64,000 nucleotides of DNA from assembly GCA_044892525.1 (NCBI GenBank), contig CM097885.1, forward strand, positions 5,582,001 to 5,646,000. The letters are read 5' to 3'. Positions within the stretch are counted from its first letter, which is position 1, and each line of letters opens with the position of its first letter. Below are positions 13,301 to 25,673 of the stretch, piece after piece. The position numbers and the translations under genes are program-made. Source of the DNA: Schmidtea polychroa (taxonomy: Eukaryota). A model generated the notes under the pieces. That model searched no databases, had not been told where the DNA came from, and saw nothing but the letters and a program-made list of their open reading frames with translations.

Positions 13301-14026
13301 TTTTTAGAAAGAGTTTATAAATATATGCATGTAAAAATAAAATGATTATGAAATTAAAAATCTTAAATATATTCAATAAATATTATTTATATTTAATCTA
13401 TTATAAGAACATTTTGCCATTTTCACCACTCATTTCTTTTCAATTGACATTGTATTTATTAAAAAGCTTGACTATGAAGCAGTAAATGGTTTTTAAAATT
13501 ATTTTATTGTTTATAAAACTATTTAAATTTATAATTTATTATAATATTTATAATAATTTTTATAGTAATATTTATAATAAATACATTTCATTAGAAAGTG
13601 CTGATTACAATTAGTCATCATACTTATATATTGTCATTATTTGATATGCCATTGGTTTTGTAATGAACATGATTATTTTATATGTTAAATAATGAAAATT
13701 AGTGAATGAAAGATCGAAACAAAAAATGATGAGATAATCAGTAAAACATTTATCAATTTGTAATGATCAAAATGACATTTATCAGATTTATGTAATTTTG
13801 GACAAATCTTATTATGAATATTTATTTATAATATTTATTTTTATAAACTTTTGGGCAGTTCATTATCACAATAATGTCAACTGTGTAATATTTTTGTCTT
13901 AATGAAGTGACTGTTTGAATGAACAAATGAGAGTGAGGTAATTATGAGAAAGTAAAGCCAGAGTAAGCAATTGAGAGTGGGCAAAAGCCTTAATGGTAAA
14001 GTACAAACTGACAATTTGAGAGTTAA
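10397..14026 (-). repeat. Right arm of the large inverted duplication
   Basis: Reverse complement of 1700-5863. Outer end ...TTGAGAGTTAA mirrors TTAACTCTCAG at 1700. Confidence 0.95.
11224..12843 (-). CDS. ABC-F family ATPase, intronless, copy 2
   Basis: 539 aa; the only protein difference I can see from copy 1 is FSFGPAKE versus FSFGHAKE. Confidence 0.92.
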   Translation of the reverse strand: MPPKFLTKSERKTLEEEQDQQLISCIKLSHNFVNKTEDQSAPMKSFALENLNMTILEKVLLKDSTITIEHGKRYGLIGSNGSGKSILFKAIQMGLFDFPKDYTIGIVEEECLADGTKVVECFVGKDEVEDFMVRFADVKSRAVNKKNKDVEVPKLVKILDGMGFTAEKMNEHVGNLSGGWRMKISLATVLMAEPDLLLLDEPTNMLDDRTIKWLSGFLKEWKTNLFFISHDGGFLSNVATDLLSIENKTVVHYACKYYEWLRNQELDRDKVRNQIQEQKAQKAELMEYIKKFEKTKKKEVAAKRQQIKKMPVIDESILEPREIWRFPACLKIKCATIETNEMGFSFGPAKEIFRNITLRVQPDSKICILGDNGCGKTTLLKIFMKILKPTNGNMFLNDRTNVGYFSQHYVDHLELDKSAIEIMQIRVPNCKLETYQSHLLKFGITSEDWNIPVRCLSSGQKSRVAFSTIYMQKPNFLIFDEPTSHLDKDGTEALEDALRKFKGGVIVVTHDGRMMSNVCKDLWYIQNRTVSVVEDGCMI

Positions 14027-15130
14027 TCAAAAAAATAATAATAAATAAAACATTTGAATTTAATAATAATATTTATATTTTTATTTATAACTCTCACTTT
14101 GAAATTTTATATATATAATATTTATATTTCATCACAAATTGCATTGAATTTAATTAATGTATTTTGTTTAAAATTTTATTTTTTATTAAAATTTATAATA
14201 TATAATTGAAATATTAATTATAAATATTTTAATTGATTTTTTAATTATTGATGCAATGAAAAAATTGAATTTTATATATAAATAAAATTTATTTCATTGT
14301 TTTTATGAATATAAAAATATTTAATTTAATTTAATTTTGATTTATTAATCTGACATGTGAATATTATTCAGAATTGCTAAAATCTAAATTGTATATTTTT
14401 AAATAAATGTCATTTTAATAATTCATTTTTATTGTAAGAATATTTCTAAATTTTATTTTTGTAATAATTTTCAATAAAATATTTTATTCTTTTCATAATT
14501 GATTTATTTAATTTTTATTGTTTTATTTTAATTAAATATTGATTAAATTTATTTTTAAAATTTTATAATATTGTATATTATATAATATTATTATTTTTTG
14601 AAATTGGGATATTATCAAGTGAGAATTGTCAAAATTTAATGAAAATAATTAGTTAATTTGTAATAAAAAAAATATTTAATGTAATTATTAATAATATTAA
14701 AACTAAAATCAGTATCATCAAACATTGATAATGAAGATATTTCATTTTATTTAAAAATTATTTTTTCTAATTTATGTCATTTAATATTGTTAGATTATTA
14801 TTTAACAAGTCGGTTAGTTTCTGACTCTTCCTATCCGTTTTTATTGCAATCGAATAATCAAGTCGAACACAGAACACTTGATTCAATTTTTTATCACAAT
14901 TACAACTTTTCACTGTATTTGCACTTTTCTCTAGACCAACTGGCAATAATCCTTTTCAATCTAATACGATTTTTAAATTTTAACCCTTGAAGGTTTTGTT
15001 ATATTGACAATGGAAAAATTATTTATTGGGTTGAGTTCCAAATTTAATCTGAACAAAGGCAGACAAGTGCAAATTTACAGATAATCAATTAATTATTAAT
15101 TATTCGAATTACTATTTGCAAATCGAATTA

Positions 15131-15347
15131 CCGTATATACTCGCGTATAAATCGAGAAATTTACGTCAAATTTTCAAGTCAAAATAGCCACTTTGACTTA
15201 TACGCCGGTAAAAAAACGTACAAATTAATTTTTAATGAAATCATTAAACCTTTTTAAATTTTTGTTACTTCGACTTATACGCGGGTTTCCAATTTAGGAC
15301 TTAAAAACCTCTTAAAATTTACTCGACTTATACGCGAGTATATACGG
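15131..15347. mobile_element. Tc1/pogo(Tigger)-type MITE
   Basis: TIRs CCGTATATACTCGCGTATAA / TTATACGCGAGTATATACGG, flanked by TA on both sides; internal GACTTATACGC repeats. Confidence 0.85.
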
Positions 15348-15639
15348 TAGTCATAATTTTGGTGAGAAATCCACTGAAATATATGAAACATACAAATTTC
15401 TTTACAACATAAGCTGTGAATTAATTAATTAACTGGAACTTTACTTGATTGTGTAAAAAAATAGAAAAATAAAGGTCAAAGTCATGGGAAATGGTCATTA
15501 GTAAGGGGGGAATCCCAATAATATTATGGAATCTTGGACAGCAATTAGATATTGCTAGGTTTGTTAGGAAGGAACTGACAAAGGAAATCTTGTTTGGTTT
15601 TTACTTTTATTGAAAGCAATTATGGGTTTTTTTTATTAT

Positions 15640-15900
15640 TGGATTATCATCAGTAAGGATTCTGTCTGCCATGAGATAAGCTAAGTAGAAACCTATTACA
15701 AATTATCTCATTATTGAAATATCATCTCTAGCAGGAAGTGCTCTCATGAATACCTTAGTTCCAGATCTAGCGATTGTTCTCAATTTGTTGATCAAATCTG
15801 CATTTGTCATTCCGATTCCAGTGTCAATAATATTTAAAGCTCTAGCATCTTTATAGGAAATAATTTTATTTCCACAACACAATTTAATTTCAATAAACAA
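15640..15900 (-). pseudogene. HSP90: HSP90 N-terminal ATPase domain fragment
   Basis: [32 protein letters not shown]...DISIMR*FVIGFYLAYLMADR matches the Hsp90 motif DTGIGMTKADL.NNLGTIA.SGTK.FMEAL...GQFGVGFYSAYLVAD, with an in-frame stop. No further HSP90 sequence seen nearby. Confidence 0.88.
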
Positions 15901-16420
15901 AGGAAACATCTTCAATGACAATCGATATTATTAATTCCAAAAGACGAATTCAAAATAATCTATAAAATTCAAAATTCAATAATAAATCACCAAGAAAGAT
16001 TCGAAAATAATCCAGAAGACATGCGCACACAGACGCGAAAGAATCAATTATAATAATATTTCAAACAAAAACTCGCACACAGACACGAAAACAACTCCAG
16101 TCAAAATCAGATCGGTCGAAACAATACGGATAATTCCAACATAAAAAAGGAGAGAGAATTAGAAAGACAATTATAGAATAAAGGTAACTACTGTTATCCG
16201 ATTGTACAAAGTCCTGATATTTGGTGATCCACAGTTGAATTTATTTATTGCATACATTATCAGATCATTTGTGAAATATTTGATTTATTCAATATGCGTT
16301 GAGAGTTTTGTTATTTATTGAATTATCACAACTTTATTGAATATTAATTATGAAAATGATTTAATCAATTATATTGGTTGTGAATTAAAACAAAATTATT
16401 AATATTATTTAAAAGTTAAG

Positions 16421-17263
16421 TTATGGTTTCGTACAATAAATCGTCTGTTGCATCTCCACAATTAGTTTTACGTCTATCGGATAGCCTTTGCGTGACGTAA
16501 TATCTTGCATGTTGATAGTGCAGTTCGGATTTTGATCCGGGTCTTCGTTAAAATAGTCGTCAGTGAACGTTTCGTAGAGGAGTCCATTGGTATCTTGATG
16601 ATATATCCTATAAGTTACAATTAAATGTACATTTTTCCATTGTCTACTGTAAAACGATGGCAATAGCACAAGATATTCATTGATGAATTTAATTTTCAGT
16701 CCATAATCTAAACGAAATATCATGTGAAATAAATCTATGAACATTGCATTACTATTTACCGTCCGAATGGGGGTCGTTTTGTCAACCTGAATATTAGAGT
16801 AAAATATAGGATGAATAAGTCTCTCATAAAGCGTAACGTTGCCGGAAAAAGTTGTCGGACTAATTACATTTCCCCAGTAAGGGTCTTTTGGAGAAATGAT
16901 ATCCGAAGGAATTTCATATTGGGGGCTTCTCACCTTAAAGTTATTCATATTCAGTTGAAAAAATGCATGGCGCAAGTGGAAATCGAGTTTGTACCAGATT
17001 GGTTTAATTACAATATCCAAGCTAACCATCAAACAATTGTTGTAACAGTAAGTTATAAATTCGAGCCAGTGTTTATCTTTCCATGTGTACATGACCAGAT
17101 AGCATGGGAACTTTGCGACTTTTCCAATCGTAAAAACAGGGCTTGACCAGATTGTTCCCGATTGTTTTAGAGCCTCGCCAATTTCAGCTAGACTCACCAG
17201 GAAATAAAAATTGTTCGTTGGTAGAGCAGCCATGACCTGATTTAGAAATATCATACAATACAA
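16421..17263 (-). CDS. Uncharacterised ~280-aa protein (probably a last exon), possibly tandem MATH/TRAF-like domains
   Basis: Long ORF in AT-rich DNA. Clearly similar to 26515-27270 (WSSPVFTIG/WNSKVFEIG, CYNNCLM/CYNKCLM, TDDYFNEDP/TDDIFYSDP, TIYC/TLYC). A small upstream exon is plausible at ~17284-17333. Confidence 0.7.
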   Translation of the reverse strand: MYCMIFLNQVMAALPTNNFYFLVSLAEIGEALKQSGTIWSSPVFTIGKVAKFPCYLVMYTWKDKHWLEFITYCYNNCLMVSLDIVIKPIWYKLDFHLRHAFFQLNMNNFKVRSPQYEIPSDIISPKDPYWGNVISPTTFSGNVTLYERLIHPIFYSNIQVDKTTPIRTVNSNAMFIDLFHMIFRLDYGLKIKFINEYLVLLPSFYSRQWKNVHLIVTYRIYHQDTNGLLYETFTDDYFNEDPDQNPNCTINMQDITSRKGYPIDVKLIVEMQQTIYCTKP

Positions 17264-17389
17264 TGAAACCTTTCAAAAAGACCTTGTTATTATCTGGATC
17301 ATATTTTGTTCTATTCCTGAGGATGCAATTATCTGAAACGATCAAATATAATTACAAATAAAATTATATAATCTATGAAATAAAACATT

Positions 17390-18385
17390 GGATGATAATA
17401 ATGACAACAATGACAACAATGACAGTAATGACAGCAATGACAATAAAGACATAAATGTCAGCAATGACAGCAATAATAACAAGGACAGTAATGACAGCAA
17501 TGACAATAATGACAAAAATGTCAGCAATGACAGCAGTATCAGCAATGACAGCAGTGTCAGCAATGACAGCAGTGTTAGCAATGACAGCAGTGTCAGTATG
17601 ATAACAATGACAGCAATGACAAAAATGACAGCAATGTCAGCATGATAACAATGACAGCAATGACAAAAATGACAGCAATGACAGCAATAATGACAATGAC
17701 AGTAATGACAGCAATGGCAATAATGACAAAAATGTCAGCAATGACAGCAGTGTCAGCATGATAACAATGACAGCAATGACAAAAATGTCAGCAATGACAA
17801 AAATGTCAGCAATGACAAAAATGTCAGCAATGACAGTAATTACAAAAATGACAGCAATGTCAGCAATGACAGCAATGACAATAATGACAAAAATGTCAGC
17901 AATGACAGCAGTGTCAGCATGATAACAATGACAGCAATGACAAAAATGTCAGCAATGACAGTAATTACAGCAATGACAGTAATTACAGCAATGACAGTAA
18001 TTACAGCAATGACAGTAATTACAAAAATGACAGCAATGTCAGCAATGACAGCAATGACAATAATGACAAAAATGTCAGCAATGACAGCAGTGTCAGCATG
18101 ATAACAATGACAGCAATGACAAAAATGACAGCAATTTCAGCATGACAACAATGACAGCAATGACAGCAATAATGACAATGACAGTAATGACAGCAATGAC
18201 AATAATGACAAAAATGTCAGCAATGACAGCAGTGTCAGCATGATAACAATGACAGCAATGACAAAAATGTCAGCAATGACAGTAATTACAGCAATGACAG
18301 TAATTACAAAAATGACAGCAATGTCAGCAATGACAGTAGTGTCAGCAATGATAACAATGATAGCAATGACATCAATGACAATAAC
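17390..18385. repeat. Minisatellite of degenerate 9-bp units (CAATGACAG) with higher-order blocks
   Basis: About 1 kb of AATGACAGC / AATGTCAGC / AATGACAAA variants. Confidence 0.95.
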
Positions 18386-18529
18386 AAACTTTAGGGCTTT
18401 TGATGAGAAAATTTAAAAATAAGCAAATAAATTTAACAATATATTTCTATATGTAAGTCTTTCTACTTTCTGCAAATAATTTTTTAGTTTATTAATTATT
18501 TAGAAAGGAGACCCGACCAGTGAAATAGG

Positions 18530-19630
18530 CAGGAATGTTAACTAGTTGAATTGTGCAGGTCATTATCATGACTGTATAAAGATCAGAAGCGAAATAGTAA
18601 CGGTTAAGTCATTAAGTCATTCCTTTTGGTCTTTGATGGCCTAGGAGTTATCAAAATAAGAATTTCAAGGCAGAAGATTAAGCAGACCGAAGTCATTATT
18701 TTAACAGCTATTTGAAGAATAAAAAGGATTTAAGAAAAAAATTATTAATAGATAAAAGGCTAAATTAATAAAAGCAATTTGAGAAGAATTTATAGAGTTA
18801 AAGCAAATATATTTGGAACGAGTAACGAAGAATTATATTAAAAATATGAATATCATTGTTGATTTGTGCAGATGGAGCGATTAAATGTATTGAAATATAC
18901 ATTTAGAGATTTTGTTATTGATTGATTAAAGAGCACGAGGAGTCAGTAAGTAAATGGCAATTATTGTATGAATAAAAACCCAGCAGGACAATCATTCAAA
19001 ACTATAATAAAAACCAATTTATTATCGAATATTAATCATTACATCAATTCAAGAATAAATCAACAGTTAATTGATCTCATGAATTCCTTATAAAATTTCG
19101 AACATGTTACGAAAACTTCAATTGATATGGCAACAACACTAATGAAACGTCTTTTCCCTTCTACAAGGGATTCACTCATTGAGGACATCGAAGACAATAA
19201 TAATGCATTTGAAAATGTTAATCAAAATATTTCAATAGAAGAAGAATTAAAAAATCGTACTCGAAGTTTCTCGCAAATCGATCGTTAAAAAAAACTATGA
19301 CAAGAATTTTCATTATCAAAAAATAATTGTGTGTTAACCGAAAATTTAAAGCGTTTATTAGATGCTATTAGCACCATTTTCTGTTGCAAATAACTTCTGT
19401 ACGAAATCACGTTCCAGATTATCAGATAAATCTTTAAGTGCACTTGTATTCTAAATACTTTTTTTATTAATAAATATATATAAATAAAGAAATTATATTT
19501 ATTATTATTGCTATAAAATATTATTTCAATTTTTTTAATATTACATGCAAGCTCGAATGCTCGAAAAAATCTTCGAGTTTCAGCTCGAACTCGAACGAGC
19601 TTGAATGTCTCGAGTTTTTCCAAACTCAAT
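18530..19630 (+). mobile_element. Highly decayed hAT-like transposase remnant
   Basis: Fragments DLCRWS and QEFSLSKNNCVLTENLKRLLDAISTI resemble the hAT RW motif and the start of the dimerisation domain. CTCGAA-rich subterminal repeats at 19550-19628. Confidence 0.4.
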
Positions 19631-20167
19631 AATAAAATATTTCTCTCAGAAATACAATGCACATTTTGGGCAAAAATGTTAACTATTTAGGGAAAATGTA
19701 TTTTTTGTAATTAATATTAATAATTGATAAGTTGCATTAATTCCCCTTTTTTTATTCTTTGACTTTTTTGTTAAATTTCTTGATAATTCTCAACAAAAAC
19801 AAATGAATGATAAAATAACAAACCTGTATGTGCTTGGTATAGAATTTTTTTTATTGAATTAGGAGTGTAATTTATGCGACTGCCCAACTCAGATTTGTTT
19901 TCTAAAAATAGTAAATACACATATAAATACCCTGAAACAAAAAGTATCAATGCGCAATACCCCCCTCTCTTTAAAAAAAGATGGCATTTTTTCCATCATT
20001 TAAAATTTCATTATCATTATCATTATTATTATTGTATTTATTAAAAAGCTTGATTATGAATCAGTAAATATATCGATGATTTTTTGATATATTTACTGAT
20101 TCATAGTAAAGCTTTTTAATAAATACAATGTCAATTGAAAAGAAATCAGTGGTGAAATTTGAAAAAA

Positions 20168-20325
<158 letters not shown>

Positions 20326-20821
20326 CATTTTTATTATTAACTATTGTAATTTTTAGTAAAATATTTCATATATTTACATAATGAAACAAATAAATAACAA
20401 ACAACCTTGATGCCCCCAGAGAAAGAAAAATTGTAAAGAAAATATTAACAAAAATAATAAAAGCTTGAGCATCTAAATAAAATTATTATAATCGTTTTTC
20501 ATTGTCATTTGTTGACTTTATTCTGAAAATAATTTGTACATTTTGTATCAACTGTGACTGTAATTTTGTTACCCTCGGGGTGAAATTCTATACAGCAATA
20601 TTGATACAAATTTTATTAGATTACAATTCACAGTATTGTCTGAAATGACAGTTAATTGTCAAAGAATTATTATTTTTTTCATTATGGCAAGTTTACATAT
20701 TTTTTCTGTGACCAAGCTAATTTGCAATTGATGTGATTTCCAGTGTACCAGGAAAAGTATGCAATAAAGTTGAATCAGCAATGTTGTATACTTACCTGGC
20801 GCGAAGAGAAATCTTCGTGTC

Positions 20822-20874
20822 TCCTGCATAGTACTGATGAGAGCCAAAAGCTCGAAACTAGTCTACTATTGGGA
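20822..20874 (+). ncRNA. Minimal type I hammerhead ribozyme
   Basis: ATAGTA (stem I) - CTGATGA (core) - GAGC CAAAA GCTC (stem II) - GAAA (core) - C TA G TC (short stem III, palindromic ACTAGT, GUC cleavage triplet at 20861-20863) - TACTAT (stem I'). TCCT/GGGA extends stem I past an internal loop. Confidence 0.85.
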
Positions 20875-23800
20875 TTTGCACTGGGTTTAACAAAGTTTGT
20901 ACTGTTTATAATATATATTAAAGCTCCATAGGTTTTGGTGAAAATGGCATTGCAAATACATAGGTACCTTTATTTGATGTACAAAGCTACGTATGTATTT
21001 GCAATGTATATCCTGAATTGAAAATCTTGTTCATAGTTACTGTTAAAAATTATTTTTTTTATCAAATCTATTTTGAGATTTGATTGTTCATTATTGTTTA
21101 AAAATATGAAAATTAGTTTGGTAAATCAAATTATTTTAAATGAGCATTTAATTTAATATTAATTTTAATTAATTAAGTATAAATAAGATATAAAATTAAA
21201 ACATAGACATTGTATTTAATGAAACCTTAACTATAAAGATATCGTTTTTTTGATATTCACTAATTTTCGGCAGTGCATTTTTCAAGTGATTTTAAAATAT
21301 AATTTTTTTTTAAATTTTTTTTTAAATTTAAAAATATTTTTTGTTAATTAATATTGATTTGAAGCTTATCAAGAACTCCAAAACCAAATTTGAACTGGTC
21401 TCCTTCATACGTATTGGAATTAATCAGTTGGAATGACATCTAGTAATTAAGAGCAAATATATGGGCAGATACAGTAAGTAAATGTTATGGTGGTAAATGC
21501 CACCGGCAGTGCCGAAAGGGTTGAACATATGTTAAATTCTACAATTCATTGCGCATTGTATCAAAATTAAAATTATTTAACCATTAAATACAAGCGTATA
21601 TGAAACAGACGGATTTAAATGCATGATGGGACAAAAATAATCTGAAAAAGGCACACTGGTATTCTAAATATTCTAAATACTTGATGCTGTAATCTAATAT
21701 TTATGTAATTTCTATAACATATCTATTACATCATTTCCAAATTCGATCTGCTATAAGGATAAAAATGTGTCTACTGACCGATGCATACATACTTATTAGT
21801 GGCGTGTAGTCAGGACCACGGGACAAATGCAAATACATCCAGTTCTATTCACATTCATTAAAATGATTAATGTTAACACAAATTTGAGGTAATTGCACGT
21901 TGGTCTATTTTCTATGCTACTGCAAAAAATGTCACGTGAATTCGACACTGGTAACATCTATAACTTCTTCAAGGTATTCACAACGTTTTTAAACTTTTTA
22001 ATTCTCTTGAATGTCTTGGCTTTTTCTTTCTAAAACCAACTTTCGCTTTTTTAAATAATAAATAGAAAACATTTATCTGTCGAAAACTAAATTAAAATAT
22101 TTTTATTTGTCAATTCCTGTTACCTCCTTCCTTCCTCCGTTTTATTTCTTGGTATACGAGTCGCTCAAGTATTTTTTATATATTGAAAATGTTTGTTGAT
22201 TTGGTTCATTTTTTAAGGACTGTAATTCTTGAATTACCAAATTTACAATCTTAGTTTAAATGATCTGTCAAGTGATAATACAAGTTTAATATTTGACATA
22301 GAGGCCTTAATGAATATCAGAAAGGATATTTGAGATTCTACAATTACATAAATGACTTTGAGTGGTTTGGTGGGGTCAATATAAAGCCGTCGCATACGAT
22401 TTCATGAGTATATTAAATGAAAAATATTTTTTATTTAATTTTATGCCTCATTGGTAATTTTAGTGAATCTCTAGGTCAAAGTAAGGAGTATTTTATTAGA
22501 AAACTAAATCAAAAATTTACCCATATTTATAATTAAATCTATTTACAGGTTTTAATAAACATCTGTTTAATATTATAAAAAAATTCATCAAAATATATAT
22601 TATAAATATTTATATTTTTAATTTAATTTAATTTTTATTTTAGGACCTATAATTGTTTTTAAAAGTTATTTTTATTAAATGATTATTTTATTCTAAAAAT
22701 TGAAAAAATAAAAACAAAATTTGGTTAGATAAACTAAAACGTCATTTAAACAAAAATGAAATATATTTCAATGACATTGTCTTCATTATCATCAATCACC
22801 CGTGAAATGAATGAAGCAATCTAATTATGACTCAAATCAAATAAATATCTTCAATTACTGTATTTTGATTGGATATGTTTCAATTGGGATTGACACACAA
22901 TCACCAATACCTCACATAAAATCTTTCCTAATAATTATCAACATTTATCTGTAACAAATTTTCTCAATGTTGCATGATAGTTTCTAAACTCTAGGGAAGA
23001 GATGTCCTAAAATATCTAATGTATATAAGTTAAGGTGACCAGATTAAGTTAAGGCCACTGCAAAACTAGTCCACGATGTAGAATTGCACCCACTAAGAGT
23101 TTTCCTCTGCATCTGACTGAATTGTAATAGAATTTTTTATTTTGGGCTTCTGCTAAAGATAAAATTTCAAGCATTTAAGCTTTTTCAATGAAACAATCAA
23201 GGAATAGGATCTAGATTAGTTGACACGTTCTAATCCACCGGTGGTATTTTTCTGACTTAGATCTTCCAGATTCTCATTTATCTCGTTCATTATACGATTC
23301 CATTAAAGATGCAGTCTGTAAACTCTGCTTGAAGGGGTCCTTTGAGAAGAAAGACGGAGGCTTATAAAGAGGAAGAGTTAGAATTCAAATTGTGCATACT
23401 TGACTAAAGATTTTGTTATAAAAATGAATTTTTTACTATTTTGCCATCGAAGTCGCAACAAACATTCCAAACAACCCGGTAGGTGGGAAAGTTATATAAA
23501 TGAGGGTTATAAATTAATAATTTTCCGATTTAAATCATTTATTAGATGGCAGCTGCAAATTAACTCCCCAAGATTTTGTTGATAAGAAGGATGACGAGGT
23601 GTTTATTGCTGAAGATTATTTTAGATTTAATTTGGATAATAAAACTTTGATGCTTTTGTTTACACAGGTAAGATTTTTTTAAATGTATTAATGATTTGGC
23701 TAAGTGCGAACTGGGAGGGGAGGTTGTGGAGTCAGGATAATTAGTTTCCTACTCCGACTGCAGATCCATGTCCGAAATTAATCATAAATTATTAAATTTT

Positions 23801-25265
23801 AATTTTTGGTATTTAAATATAAATTTGATATTATTATCTCATATTCAATTTCGCAATTAAACCAATGTAAAAGTAAAATACAAAATTAATTATAAAAACT
23901 GTAATGTATTGTTATATTTCATTTCATTTTATTTGTTGTTTATCTTAGTTCAATGTAAGTAATAATTCTGCACGTTGCACGTGGAGGAGACTTTTTTATC
24001 TTTTTTTTAAAAAAATAAACTATAAAGCGATAATTTACCATAGTAATTCATCGCTATAGAAAATTTAACAGAAATAAAAAAATCAATAAAAATTTTAAAA
24101 ACTATAAGAAATTGAAATTATTCAAAGTTATATCTGAGAATTAAATATTATTGTAAACTGTCAAACCTTCTTAAGAAGATCCATTGAAACTATTCAAAGA
24201 TATACCCGAAAAGCAAAAATTATTAATTATTATATATTTGAAAGGCGATCAAAGATCTAATTTTCCGTTTTCACAAAAACAAGGTTGATTAATTAATTTC
24301 ATTTTAATAAAAGTTGTAGTTATTGTTTGCGTTCATTTACCTTTTGTATTCTAATTGATATCTAGCTGTACACTCGATTTATTCATAACATTCACGCACG
24401 CCAACTGTCCCAAACAGTTATTTTTGCGGAGACTCTGTTGACATCTACAATTTTCCTCTACTCAACATCACCTCTACTCAATATCTCCACGTCATTTTTC
24501 TTTTACTGAATAATTAAACTAACAAAAACAATTCGTGAGATTTGTTTTAATATTGCATTATAAATTTATCGGTTTTGAAACTTAAATTGTATTTTTTACA
24601 TATCTGTGACGGCTATGCCCCAACATAAATCATTGTTGAACGATCATTTTCTGTCTTGTAAATAATTCAAACAGATCATCTACACCCGTTTGCATGGAAT
24701 AATAACATCTATAATACAAGTTTATTTACACCAATATTTCCTGACCTTCTTTATACTATGCCCCACCGTAGTATTTTCAAATGAAGTAGCTGTCAAATTT
24801 CGATAATCAGTATTGCAAAAATAACGGTCGATGAAATTGATGTATGCATGTTGTAATATTTAGTCATGAATGAGCATATTATATTAACAAAATATATGTG
24901 GAATAGTTGCTGACGTGTACCACCTCTGAAGCGCTGTGCCCCACCTCCTAGGTGTGATACCCCATCGTGGGAAACAACGGTGTACACGAATAAATAAGTC
25001 ATCATTTCTGACAAATTTTTGCCTCAGATTATGAATTGACAAAATTTTGAATTTTTTTGAATTTTTACAATTTAATGTAAATTTGATATTTTAATATTAT
25101 TCGTTACATATTTTCATTTGATTTATGCATTTTGATACAAATGATTTAGGTTTTTAGGTTTTATATTGACTTTTTTAAGTTCATCTCTTTAAATTTGTAA
25201 ATTATAATAGCTAAATAAACTTTTTGGTATTCATAATAACATTTTTAATGAAATTCGTTTTCGTC

Positions 25266-25673
25266 TAGGCTTACCACCCGTTCGGTTTTCGCACAAATAA
25301 TTCGGTAATCAAATGAATTATTCGTTGTTCGTTTGGCACCCAGACCGAACGTTAAAATGTTCGATTATTGTATCAATTAATTAAATTCCATGTAAAAAAA
25401 TTAAAAAAAATTAATTTAGCTTAAAAATTTTGCTGAAGAAGTGATAATTCTTTCATAATAACTGATATATTTATTTAATATATTATGAAATAAAAAGTGC
25501 TAATTTTAAGTTTTTGTTTTTGTTTTTGTTTTTTCGTTTTATACATTTAATATTAATATTTAAATAAATATTATAGATACACTTATTATAAAATTGATTT
25601 TTTATTTAAATTATTATTTTTTTTAATTGGTTTGAGTGTCCGTATATCGGTCGAGAAAAAGGTGGTAACCCTA
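25266..25673. mobile_element. hAT-type MITE
   Basis: TIRs TAGGCTTACCACC / GGTGGTAACCCTA (1 mismatch); 8-bp flanks TTTTCGTC / TTTTTGTC. Confidence 0.7.

Noticed and set aside
17342..18101. Leu/Ser, Asn/Asp/Ser and Met/Thr/Ala repeat ORFs
   Set aside because: They are by-products of the 9-bp minisatellite, and the frames are broken by indels.
20788..20950. Full U1 snRNA gene
   Set aside because: Only the first ~12-14 nt match; the SL1 loop, Sm site and SL3/SL4 are not recognisable.
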